Assembly: GCA_017446045.1 (NCBI GenBank)
Contig: JAFSRP010000054.1
Coordinates: 30,852-94,851 of the forward strand
Direction: 5' to 3'
Length of the DNA stretch: 64,000 nt
DNA from: Lachnospiraceae bacterium
Lineage (GTDB): Bacteria; Bacillota; Clostridia; Lachnospirales; Lachnospiraceae
The notes below the pieces were generated by a model, which saw only the letters and a program-made list of their open reading frames with translations, did not search any database and was not told the origin of the DNA. The translations under genes and the position numbers were made by a program. Below, piece by piece: positions 20,237 through 28,182 of this stretch (positions within the stretch are counted from its first letter, which is position 1; the number at the start of each line of letters is the position of its first letter).

Positions 20237-21664
20237 TCATTCCCGGACATACTTTCGGAATCGCTCCAGCTGGCCGGGGCTGCACTCTGCTGTGATCCTG
20301 GTGCCTTCGTCCGTATATTCTGTTTCCAGGACAGCGGCATGTTCCATCAGCTCGCTGACGACATCGCCCCGGTCATAGGGGATCAGGAACACCGCATTCT
20401 GCAGTCTGCCATACAGCTCTCCGCAGATCAGATCAACAAGCATTTCCACCGAGGCATCTTCTTTTGCGCAAATATAGATACTTTTTCCCACTTCGCCGGC
20501 CCTGCCGGCGTCTCTTTTTTCTTCTCCCAGTCTAGGATACTCCACTTTCGGTTCACACAGATCCGCCTTGTTGAAGACGATGATCCTTGGGATCCCGCCC
20601 GCCCCGAGCTCTGTCAGGATATTCTCCGTGACTTCCAGGTGGCTTCGGAAATGGCTGTCGCTGCAGTCCGCGACCAGGACCAGCAGGTCGGCGTCCGCCG
20701 CTTCCTCCAGTGTGGATTTAAAGGCTTCCACCAGTGACGTCGGCAGCTTATGGATGAAGCCTACCGTATCGGACAGCAGGAAGTCACCTCCCCTGCCTGG
20801 CGAGATCCGGCGTACAGAGGAATCCAAAGTCGCGAACAGCATGTCCGCCTCAAATACTTTTTTGGCGCTGCCGGTCTCCTCTCCTTCCGCGGTATCTCCG
20901 ACACCGGCCCGCTCTTTGGCATCGGTTCCGTAGCGATCCAGCAGTGCATTCATGATCGTGGATTTTCCCGCGTTCGTGTACCCGATCAGGGAAGCCAGCG
21001 GCAGCTGTGAACGGCGTCGTCTCCGGCTGCGGGTACGCCGTTCCTCCGCCACTTCTTTCAGTTCCCGGTTCAGCTCCGCGATCCGTTTGTCTATGGATCG
21101 GCGGTCAAGTTCCAGCTGGGTCTCGCCTTCACCGCGGCTCGACATGGCGCCCGACGCGCCGCCCTTACGTCCCAGTGTATCCCACATGCCAACAAGACGG
21201 GTCCGGATATAGCCCAGCCTTGCATACTCCACCTGGAGCATGGATTCCCGCGTTCTTGCCCGGCTGCGGAAGATCTCCAGGATCAGGGCCGTCCGGTCCA
21301 GGACAGGCATGCCGAGTTCTTTCTGCAGATTGCGGAACTGCGCCGGAGAGAGACTGTCATTGAAGATCACTGCTTCCGCATCCACGTCAGCGCAAAGCTC
21401 ACGGATCTCCCCTGCTTTCCCCGGTCCCACATACATGCTGTTGTTGATATGGTCCAGGTTCTGTGTGATACGGCTGACGGGCGCAAGAAAACAGGCCTTG
21501 CACAGTTCTTCCAGTTCCTTCATGGAATACAGGAAATCCTCGTACACGCCTGCCTTCGCCCTGCCGGTCTCGAACACGCCGGCGCAGATCACACGGATCG
21601 TTTCTTCCCGGTCATGTTGGAACAGCTCCGATATTTCATTGATATTATAAGATGATCCCGGCAT
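20237..21664 (-). CDS. hflX: GTPase HflX
   Basis: HflX N-domain, then G-domain motifs GYTNAGKST (G1), DTVGF (G3) and NKAD (G4). Confidence 0.9.
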   Translation of the reverse strand: MPGSSYNINEISELFQHDREETIRVICAGVFETGRAKAGVYEDFLYSMKELEELCKACFLAPVSRITQNLDHINNSMYVGPGKAGEIRELCADVDAEAVIFNDSLSPAQFRNLQKELGMPVLDRTALILEIFRSRARTRESMLQVEYARLGYIRTRLVGMWDTLGRKGGASGAMSSRGEGETQLELDRRSIDKRIAELNRELKEVAEERRTRSRRRRRSQLPLASLIGYTNAGKSTIMNALLDRYGTDAKERAGVGDTAEGEETGSAKKVFEADMLFATLDSSVRRISPGRGGDFLLSDTVGFIHKLPTSLVEAFKSTLEEAADADLLVLVADCSDSHFRSHLEVTENILTELGAGGIPRIIVFNKADLCEPKVEYPRLGEEKRDAGRAGEVGKSIYICAKEDASVEMLVDLICGELYGRLQNAVFLIPYDRGDVVSELMEHAAVLETEYTDEGTRITAECSPGQLERFRKYVRE

Positions 21665-21695
21665 CCGCTCTCTTTTCTGTCATACCCGAAAACTT

Positions 21696-22193
21696 TTAAT
21701 GATCTGCATCATAAAAATGGAATCCGTCCGCCTTCTGCTGCCTGCGGATGCGCCGGCGGGTCTCGGCGCGCTCCCATTCCTCTTTGTCCTCTTCGGTCTC
21801 TAGGATCAGCCGGGGCAGCCGCGCCGGCTGATTTTCCTCATCGATGCCTACCATCGTCAGATAAGCCCTGTTGATCAGGTCCCGTCTTCCATCCGGCTGC
21901 TCGATGAAGGTCTCGACCTTCACTTCCATGGACTTATTGCCCACATGCGTGACCTTACCGCACATCACGATCATGTCCTGCAGATAGGCGCCCCGGAGGA
22001 AGCGTAAGTTGTCGACCGATCCGGTCGTCACATTCATCTGCGCATGCCGTCTGCCTACCAGGCCCGCGACCTCATCGATCCAGCACATCAGGGTGCCGCC
22101 GAAGAGACGTCCGGAATCATTCATATCCGAAGGCATGATGATGTGAAAGGTCTCAACCTTTGATTCAGCTACAGTCTTGTCTTTTCTGTCCAT
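21696..22193 (-). CDS. acyl-CoA thioesterase (hotdog fold, YciA/BFIT-like)
   Basis: Sequence pattern IIMPSDMNDSGRLFGGTLMCWIDEVAG... is typical of hotdog acyl-CoA hydrolases. About 165 aa. Confidence 0.75.
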   Translation of the reverse strand: MDRKDKTVAESKVETFHIIMPSDMNDSGRLFGGTLMCWIDEVAGLVGRRHAQMNVTTGSVDNLRFLRGAYLQDMIVMCGKVTHVGNKSMEVKVETFIEQPDGRRDLINRAYLTMVGIDEENQPARLPRLILETEEDKEEWERAETRRRIRRQQKADGFHFYDADH

Positions 22194-22242
22194 CTTCGTG
22201 ATCCGTTTAAGCCACTGTCATATCCGCAACGTTATCCGTTCC

Positions 22243-23379
22243 TTAGGATTCGAAATGCTTCGCGACCTTCTCCAGATAATGGATGACCCTGAGGTGCTGG
22301 GGACATACCTCTTCGCATTGTCCGCATCTGATGCAGTCGCTTGCCTTACCGTACTTCTTCGCCAGGACCCGGTAATTCGTGAAATTGATCGTCCAGCCTT
22401 TTTCCTCCAGATCCTCGCGCATATCTTCATTGTAGATGGAGAAATACCTCGGGATGGCAATGTGCATGGGACACCCGTCCGTACAGTAGGAACAGCCCGT
22501 ACACGGAACAGCCGTCTTATCGTTAATGATCTTTGCGACCTCGAAACAGGTATCTCTTTCCTTTTCCGTAAGAGGAACAAAATGCTCCATGAAGGAAACA
22601 TTGTCCTTCATCTGGGAAAGATCGCTCATGCCGGAAAGCACCACCATGACACCGGGGAGGCTTGCCGCAAAGCGGACAGCCCAGCTCGGCCCGGACATGG
22701 ACGGATCAAGATTTTTAAACAGCTGCGCTCCTTCCTTCGGCAGACGGGCCAGTGTGCCTCCCTTCACCGGTTCCATCACGATCACCGGTTTACCGTACCG
22801 GGCTGCCACTTCATAGCAGCCGCGGGACTGTATCCATTCGCTCTCCCAGTCCAGATAATTGATCTGAAGCTGCACGAACTCCATCTCCGGATGTTTCTTC
22901 AGGATCTTCTCCAGAAGTTCCGGAGTGTCATGGAAAGAAAAGCCGGCATGCTTTACAAGCCCTTTGGCTTTTTTGTCAAGCAGCCACCCGAAGCAGTCAT
23001 ACTCCTCGTATTTGCCGAGGCTTTCCGATTCGATCCCGTGCAGCAGGTAATAATCGAAATACCCGGCGCCGGTCTTTTCCAGCTGGGCGGTAAAGATCTT
23101 GTCCCGGTCTTCAAAGGAATTGAAGAAAGCCGAGTGCAGCTTGGTAGCCAGTGTAAAACTCTCCCTGGGATAACGGTCCACCAGGGCTGTCTTCGCGGCG
23201 CTTTCGCTCGCAAAGCCGTTGTACATCCATGCAGTATCAAAATAAGTGAAACCCTTCTGCATAAAGATGTCCACCATCTCTTTGAGCTGCTCGATATCAA
23301 CATCCGCATCATTTGACGGGTCATTGAGCGGAAGGCGCATCAATCCGAATCCGAGTTTCTTTTCCGGTTGAAAATCCAT
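22243..23379 (-). CDS. aldo/keto reductase fused to a C-terminal 4Fe-4S ferredoxin-like domain (COG1453-type)
   Basis: The N-terminus has the LGFGLMRLP and YFDTAWMY AKR pattern. The C-terminal Cys clusters are CTGCSYCTDGCP and CIRCGQCEEVCP. Confidence 0.8.
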   Translation of the reverse strand: MDFQPEKKLGFGLMRLPLNDPSNDADVDIEQLKEMVDIFMQKGFTYFDTAWMYNGFASESAAKTALVDRYPRESFTLATKLHSAFFNSFEDRDKIFTAQLEKTGAGYFDYYLLHGIESESLGKYEEYDCFGWLLDKKAKGLVKHAGFSFHDTPELLEKILKKHPEMEFVQLQINYLDWESEWIQSRGCYEVAARYGKPVIVMEPVKGGTLARLPKEGAQLFKNLDPSMSGPSWAVRFAASLPGVMVVLSGMSDLSQMKDNVSFMEHFVPLTEKERDTCFEVAKIINDKTAVPCTGCSYCTDGCPMHIAIPRYFSIYNEDMREDLEEKGWTINFTNYRVLAKKYGKASDCIRCGQCEEVCPQHLRVIHYLEKVAKHFES

Positions 23380-23430
23380 ATGTTTTCCTTTCTAATACGA
23401 TATTTTAGTCTGATTTAACTATTTTTACGA

Positions 23431-24732
23431 TTACTTCCAAAATTCTCTGTACATTTTTCCGGGTTCAAGCACGGCGCCTCTGGCAGCTGCCAGCTCCGAA
23501 ACGGTCACGAGCTGATAGCCTTTTTCCAGAAGTGCCGGAATGATCCGCTCCGCCGCATCGGCGGTCTCCTGATGTACGTCATGCATCAGGATAATGTCGC
23601 CGTCACGGACATTTTCCATAACCACCTTATAAGTGTTGTCGGGATCCTTCGTCTCCCAGTCCAGTGTATCGATGGACCAGAAAATAGCTGCAAGTCCCAG
23701 CGTATTCAGCTCCTGCGCTGCCTCGTCGACGATACCCCCTCCCGGCGGACGGACTGTCGCCGGCATCAGCCCGCAGGTCTCCTCGATCATATAATCCGCC
23801 TTCCGTACAGACGGACGGATCTCTGAGACCGGCTGCAGGTTGAAATAATTATGGTTATAGGTATGGTTGCCAAGCTCACACCCAAGTTCGACCATCTTCC
23901 GGACACAGTCATTGTTCTCGCCGTATACGTTGCTGCCCATCAGGTAAAATGTCGCGTGAGCCCCATACTTCTCCAGTACGGCAAGGACACGGTTCGTGGA
24001 CGGAGCATTCGGCCCGTCGTCAAAGGTCAGTGCCACCATGGGCTTCTCGGGATCGATCCCGTCCAGCGAAGGTGCCTTGAACGGGGGATGATTTCCTGCC
24101 TGATAGAGCTCCGGAATGACATATTTCCTGGCCACATAACCGATGCCGTTCTCGGTTTCCACCATGTAATGCGTGCCGTCGGTCCCGGTGATAACGACCG
24201 TCTGGCCTTCCTGGAGCACACTCAGCACTGCGGAATCTCCTTCGGCCGAAGCGCGCGCGTTTACAGCGGTCAGCACCTCCCCGTTCTGCGGGAAGACCTC
24301 CCAGGCATGCGGTCCGCCGCCGGCTTCTTCCTGTGTATCTGTCTCCGGAGCCTCTGTTTCCGATACCGTTTCCTTAGTCTCTTCCGCAACAGTTTCCGGC
24401 ACGGTCAGGCTCTCTGTTTCCGGTTCGGTGTCTGCTTTCCTGCTTCCGCGCAGAAAAAACATCAGGCAGGCAGCCAAGACACACAAAAGAAGAAGTACCG
24501 GAACGATCCAAGCCGGCCGTTTTGACGGGCTCCTGTGCGAAGTCCTCCCGCCAAGCGGCTTTCTGTCTGAGGGTCTTCTCTCTGCTGTTCGTCTCTCCGC
24601 TGACCTTACGGAAGAAGCGCTCCTGTCCGATCTTCTTCTGCTTCTGCCGGCATCACTGCGTTCCGGTCTGTCTGCCATAATACTCCTGCCCTGCCTGTCT
24701 GTCCGATCGTTTCCGAAGGTTTCCTGCTGCAT
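23431..24732 (-). CDS. membrane-anchored polysaccharide deacetylase (NodB/CE4 domain) with an SH3-like domain
   Basis: NodB motifs TFDDGP, GNHTYNH and IILMHD. There is a basic N-terminal tail followed by one TM helix. An alternative start lies at 24678. Confidence 0.85.
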   Translation of the reverse strand: MQQETFGNDRTDRQGRSIMADRPERSDAGRSRRRSDRSASSVRSAERRTAERRPSDRKPLGGRTSHRSPSKRPAWIVPVLLLLCVLAACLMFFLRGSRKADTEPETESLTVPETVAEETKETVSETEAPETDTQEEAGGGPHAWEVFPQNGEVLTAVNARASAEGDSAVLSVLQEGQTVVITGTDGTHYMVETENGIGYVARKYVIPELYQAGNHPPFKAPSLDGIDPEKPMVALTFDDGPNAPSTNRVLAVLEKYGAHATFYLMGSNVYGENNDCVRKMVELGCELGNHTYNHNYFNLQPVSEIRPSVRKADYMIEETCGLMPATVRPPGGGIVDEAAQELNTLGLAAIFWSIDTLDWETKDPDNTYKVVMENVRDGDIILMHDVHQETADAAERIIPALLEKGYQLVTVSELAAARGAVLEPGKMYREFWK

Positions 24733-24746
24733 TATTTTTAAAACAT

Positions 24747-26018
24747 CTATTCTCTCACCATGACAGCGACACCGTCCGGTATCGCTGTGATCGTGGCATT
24801 CTTCCCCATGATCTTTTCCGCTGTCTCCATGGCTTCCTCCAGCGAATGCGCCGGGATCATATGCAGGCCTTTCACGATCTCATCCGACGCCTCCGATACA
24901 TAGATCACCGATGCTTTCCTGAGGACCCTGATGAAGATCTGCGTCTGCCACTGATCCGGCACAGTTTCGTCCCTTCCCCTCGAAAGGAAAAGGGCCATGG
25001 TCTTTTCGATATCTGGCTCATCTGCCAGCTGATGATAGAAATGGTCTCCGCCATGACCATCGTTGCTTCTCGCCAGCATAATGATCACTCCGCCGGGTCT
25101 TACTGTGGCTTCTGCAGCAGTCATACCCTTGACAGCCTGATAGATATTCTGGTCGAGCGGGTATCCGCCATTTGTTGTAATAACGATATCTGCCGGCTTC
25201 GCATCCACACGGCAGAGAGATGACAGAAAGTCGCAGCCGACCTTGTGAGCCGCTTCCATATCGCCGGCTACAGCGAAGATCGCCTCCTTGTCGGCATTGA
25301 TGACGACGTTGCAGATAAAGGCAAGCTTCACCTGTCTGGCTGCCCATACCATGTCTTTATGGATCGGGTTGCCCTCGAGGATACCGGTCCTCGCATGTTT
25401 ATCCGCTATGAACTCGGAACAATGGTTCGCGAGTACGGTCGTTCTTGACGCGATCCCCGGGAGGATGGATTTCCTCGCGCCGGAAAAGCCCGCAAAGAAA
25501 TGCGGCTCGATGAATCCTTCCGAGCAGACCAGATCGGCATCGGCCACCAGTTTATTGATGATAAGGTCTCCGCCGCCAGGGAGCGTTCCGATGCGGACAA
25601 GCGGGGAATTATCGCAGTCATGGACAACGATCTTCTCCTGCTCCACGATCTCACGTCCGAACTTATTTACAAGTTCCTCTTTTATTGTACCCCTGTGACA
25701 GCCCGTACTGATAAGGATCGTTATATCCGCGTCCGGATTTCCCTTCCGTATCTCCCTGAGCATCGGAGGAACGATCACCTTGCTGGGAACAGGTCTCGTA
25801 TGATCAGACGCGATCAGGACGATATTCTTTTTCCCTTTCGCGAGCTCCGAAAGCCCGGGGCTTCCGACCGGATCCGCAAGCGCTTCCTCCACAAGGAAAA
25901 GCGGTTCCTTCTTTGCCCTGTAATGATGGAGTTTTGAGACCAGGACGCCCTGCAGACGCGCATCGTCCGCATCATAGTTCACAAACTCTTTTCCATATGG
26001 GAATACGATCCGCATCAT
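24747..26018 (-). CDS. LarA-family nickel-pincer-dependent 2-hydroxyacid racemase/epimerase homologue (DUF2088)
   Basis: About 423 aa. Motifs SDHTRP, TGCHRG and EPHFFAGFSGARKSILPG...ANH correspond, from memory, to the LarA catalytic His pair, the cofactor-tethering Lys and the Ni-binding His. A GGAGG precedes the tandem ATG ATG start. Confidence 0.8.
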   Translation of the reverse strand: MMRIVFPYGKEFVNYDADDARLQGVLVSKLHHYRAKKEPLFLVEEALADPVGSPGLSELAKGKKNIVLIASDHTRPVPSKVIVPPMLREIRKGNPDADITILISTGCHRGTIKEELVNKFGREIVEQEKIVVHDCDNSPLVRIGTLPGGGDLIINKLVADADLVCSEGFIEPHFFAGFSGARKSILPGIASRTTVLANHCSEFIADKHARTGILEGNPIHKDMVWAARQVKLAFICNVVINADKEAIFAVAGDMEAAHKVGCDFLSSLCRVDAKPADIVITTNGGYPLDQNIYQAVKGMTAAEATVRPGGVIIMLARSNDGHGGDHFYHQLADEPDIEKTMALFLSRGRDETVPDQWQTQIFIRVLRKASVIYVSEASDEIVKGLHMIPAHSLEEAMETAEKIMGKNATITAIPDGVAVMVRE

Positions 26019-26091
26019 AACCTCCTTGCATATCTTCCGAAATGCAGGTCAGCTGTCCTTTACAGCCTAGTATACCATAAATTGGCATACA

Positions 26092-26133
26092 TACAAGAAA
26101 GGCCGCTGTCATTTTCGATGCAGGACAGCAGCC
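26092..26133 (-). terminator. intrinsic terminator after the glycerate kinase gene
   Basis: On the minus strand: GGCUGCUGUC-13 nt-GACAGCGGCC (10 bp, one G.U pair) followed by UUUCUUGU. It begins 7 nt after the stop codon. Confidence 0.7.
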
Positions 26134-26139
26134 TTCGTT

Positions 26140-27390
26140 TTAACTGTCAGCTTTATTGCGGCGCCGGATCAGCACCACGGAGATATCATTGACATTCGTG
26201 CCGGTCGCACCGGTCCTGATCAGTCCGCCGATCGCCTCCAGACCATGGTAAGTATCGTTATCCATCATGACATCAAAGGGGTCCAGGCCTTTTTCACGAA
26301 GCTTCCCCAAAGAATCTCCGTCCACATATCCTCCCGCCGCATCGCAGGGTCCGTCGGAACCGTCCGAACCTGCAGAGAAGATCACCGTATCCGATAATCC
26401 GGCGATCTTTTCTATGGCGCTGAAAGCGATCACCTGACTGCGGCCTCCGACACCATGTCCCTCCGGATTCAGATGGACAACGGTCTCTCCGCCGGAGATA
26501 AAGGCGATCGAATGATCGATGCCTTGCCAGGACCGCGCGATGGAAGAAAGAAAGCTTCCGGCTTCGGAGGCCTCGCAGTCCATGCAGTCCGTAAGAAAAC
26601 GCGTCTCATAGCCAAGCTCCTCGCAGGCATGAGCAGCAGCTTTGCAGAACTCCCTAACGGATCCTGTGATCACAGTCTCCACATTGTCCAGCGTCTTAGG
26701 AGTCTCATTTTTCATAAGCTCCACGCAGGCGGGCGGAAGTTCGATACCGAATCTTCGTATGGTCTCTGCTGCCTCCTCACAGGTCGAGCTGTCCGGATAC
26801 GCGGGACCGGACGCGATCATATCCAGCGGATCGCCGATAATATCCGAAAGCACGACGGCATAGACCTTTGCGGGAAGGCAATGCTGTGCGAAGCGTCCTC
26901 CCTTGACATTGGAAAGGCGCTTACGGATAATGTTCATGCTGACGATATCCGCGCCCTTGGCAAGAAGCTGCCGGGTGACATTCTGCAGATCCTCCGCGGA
27001 GCACTTCGGGTTTTCAAACAGAGTGCTTCCGCCGCCGGACAGCAAAAAGAGCACCGTGTCATCCGCAGACAGGTCGGCGGTCAATTCGAGCGCTTCTTTC
27101 GTAGAGGAAAAAGAGTCATCATCCGGGACCGGATGACCGGCTTCACGGATCTTCAGTGAGCCGATCGGACCCTGAGAGTAGCCATGCTTGGTGATCACGA
27201 TGCCATCGGAGATCCGGTCTCCGAGTACTTCATGGGCTGAGTGCGCCATGGACCAGGCTGCCTTTCCGACCGCGACCAGGATCAGCCTTCCGGAGGAAAA
27301 CTCCCGGTCCTTCAGCGCGCGTCGCACAGCCTCGTCCGGCAGCATCTGCCTGACCGCATAATCAACGATATAATCACAGTCTTTCCTCAT
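26140..27390 (-). CDS. glycerate 2-kinase / hydroxypyruvate-reductase-like protein (DUF4147 plus MOFRL domains)
   Basis: The length and sequence pattern (LVAVGKAAWSMA..., LLSGGGS, GGETVV, ...GTDGSDGP..., TGTNVND) are typical of the MOFRL/GckA family. The RBS reads AGGAGGAGAAAAC-ATG. Confidence 0.8.
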   Translation of the reverse strand: MRKDCDYIVDYAVRQMLPDEAVRRALKDREFSSGRLILVAVGKAAWSMAHSAHEVLGDRISDGIVITKHGYSQGPIGSLKIREAGHPVPDDDSFSSTKEALELTADLSADDTVLFLLSGGGSTLFENPKCSAEDLQNVTRQLLAKGADIVSMNIIRKRLSNVKGGRFAQHCLPAKVYAVVLSDIIGDPLDMIASGPAYPDSSTCEEAAETIRRFGIELPPACVELMKNETPKTLDNVETVITGSVREFCKAAAHACEELGYETRFLTDCMDCEASEAGSFLSSIARSWQGIDHSIAFISGGETVVHLNPEGHGVGGRSQVIAFSAIEKIAGLSDTVIFSAGSDGSDGPCDAAGGYVDGDSLGKLREKGLDPFDVMMDNDTYHGLEAIGGLIRTGATGTNVNDISVVLIRRRNKADS

Positions 27391-27558
27391 GTTTTCTCCT
27401 CCTGTTCCGTATTATAACAAAGCCATACATGTATCGTAAACTGAAATGTCCTAAGCCGCGGAAAATGAAATGATTGCTTTTCGGGCTGACAGGACGGATA
27501 ATAGAGATAACACCGTGATCCCGCGAACCGGAAACCGGAACGGAAAGGAACCGCTCTT

Positions 27559-27759
27559 ATGGAATATGATTACAGAAAGCTGCGGCAGGCGCTGCAGGAT
27601 GAATACATGGCGGCAATGGTCGTCGGATTTACCGAGGATACCCCGAATCTGATGGAGCTGCAGTATGCTTCGGATGAATGGCTGTTGCAGGAAGCGCAGC
27701 GCAGGGGCTTTGACATGGATGAATTCGTTGTCGAAGAGGAAAAAGAGGACGGACTGTGA
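27559..27759 (+). CDS. small acidic hypothetical protein (66 aa)
   Basis: The ORF has an AAAGGAA RBS-like sequence 8 nt upstream. It is divergent from the glycerate kinase gene. I recognised no homology. Confidence 0.35.
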   Translation: MEYDYRKLRQALQDEYMAAMVVGFTEDTPNLMELQYASDEWLLQEAQRRGFDMDEFVVEEEKEDGL

Positions 27760-28008
27760 ACGGGGCGCTTTCCCCCTGGGAGGCAGAGATACCAAAGATC
27801 GGACGATCCTTTGGTAACGGCGCTAAGGATACGCTGCGCCAGATCCGTAAGGCGGCGATGCGGACATTTTTCGAATCCCATAAGGCGCGTCGCAATAGGG
27901 ATCGCGTGGCTCCTGAAGCGTTCACAGGCCGGGCCCATTCGGGGAGAATGTCCTTGATAATGAACACTTCCTGCCCTGTGAAAAGGAATAAAAGCCCGAA
28001 AAATGTCA

Positions 28009-28037
28009 TTGACAGCCGCAACCCGATATGGTATATT
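28009..28037 (+). promoter_or_regulatory. near-consensus sigma-A promoter driving tRNA-Thr
   Basis: TTGACA (28009-28014), a 17-nt spacer ending in TGg (extended -10), then TATATT (28032-28037). The tRNA starts about 25 nt downstream. Confidence 0.75.
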
Positions 28038-28062
28038 GACATGGCTGTGAAAACAGTAACAT

Positions 28063-28135
28063 GCTGATGTAGCACAGGTGGTAGTGCGTCGCATTGGTAA
28101 TGCGGAGGTCACGAGTCCGAGTCTCGTCATCAGCT
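28063..28135 (+). tRNA. tRNA-Thr, anticodon GGU (73 nt, no encoded CCA)
   Basis: Manual cloverleaf. Acceptor GCTGATG/CATCAGC; D arm GCAC-AGGTGGTA-GTGC; anticodon arm TCGCA-TTGGTAA-TGCGG; variable loop AGGTC; T arm ACGAG-TCCGAGT-CTCGT; discriminator T. Confidence 0.85.
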
Positions 28136-28143
28136 CTTAAAAA

Positions 28144-28169
28144 CCCCCATGAGTTCATTCTCATGGGGG
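28144..28169. terminator. bidirectional intrinsic terminator (tRNA-Thr on + / aminopeptidase gene on -)
   Basis: Perfect 10-bp stem CCCCCATGAG / CTCATGGGGG with a 6-nt loop. It is flanked by AAAAA on the left (UUUUU for the minus transcript) and CTTTCTT on the right. Confidence 0.8.
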
Positions 28170-28182
28170 CTTTCTTATGTGA

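Noticed and set aside
27756-28067. 103-codon GTG-initiated ORF overlapping the stop of the 66-aa ORF.
   Set aside because: It reads through the near-consensus tRNA-Thr promoter and the first bases of the tRNA. I recognised no motif in it. It is reported only as part of a low-confidence finding, not as a feature.
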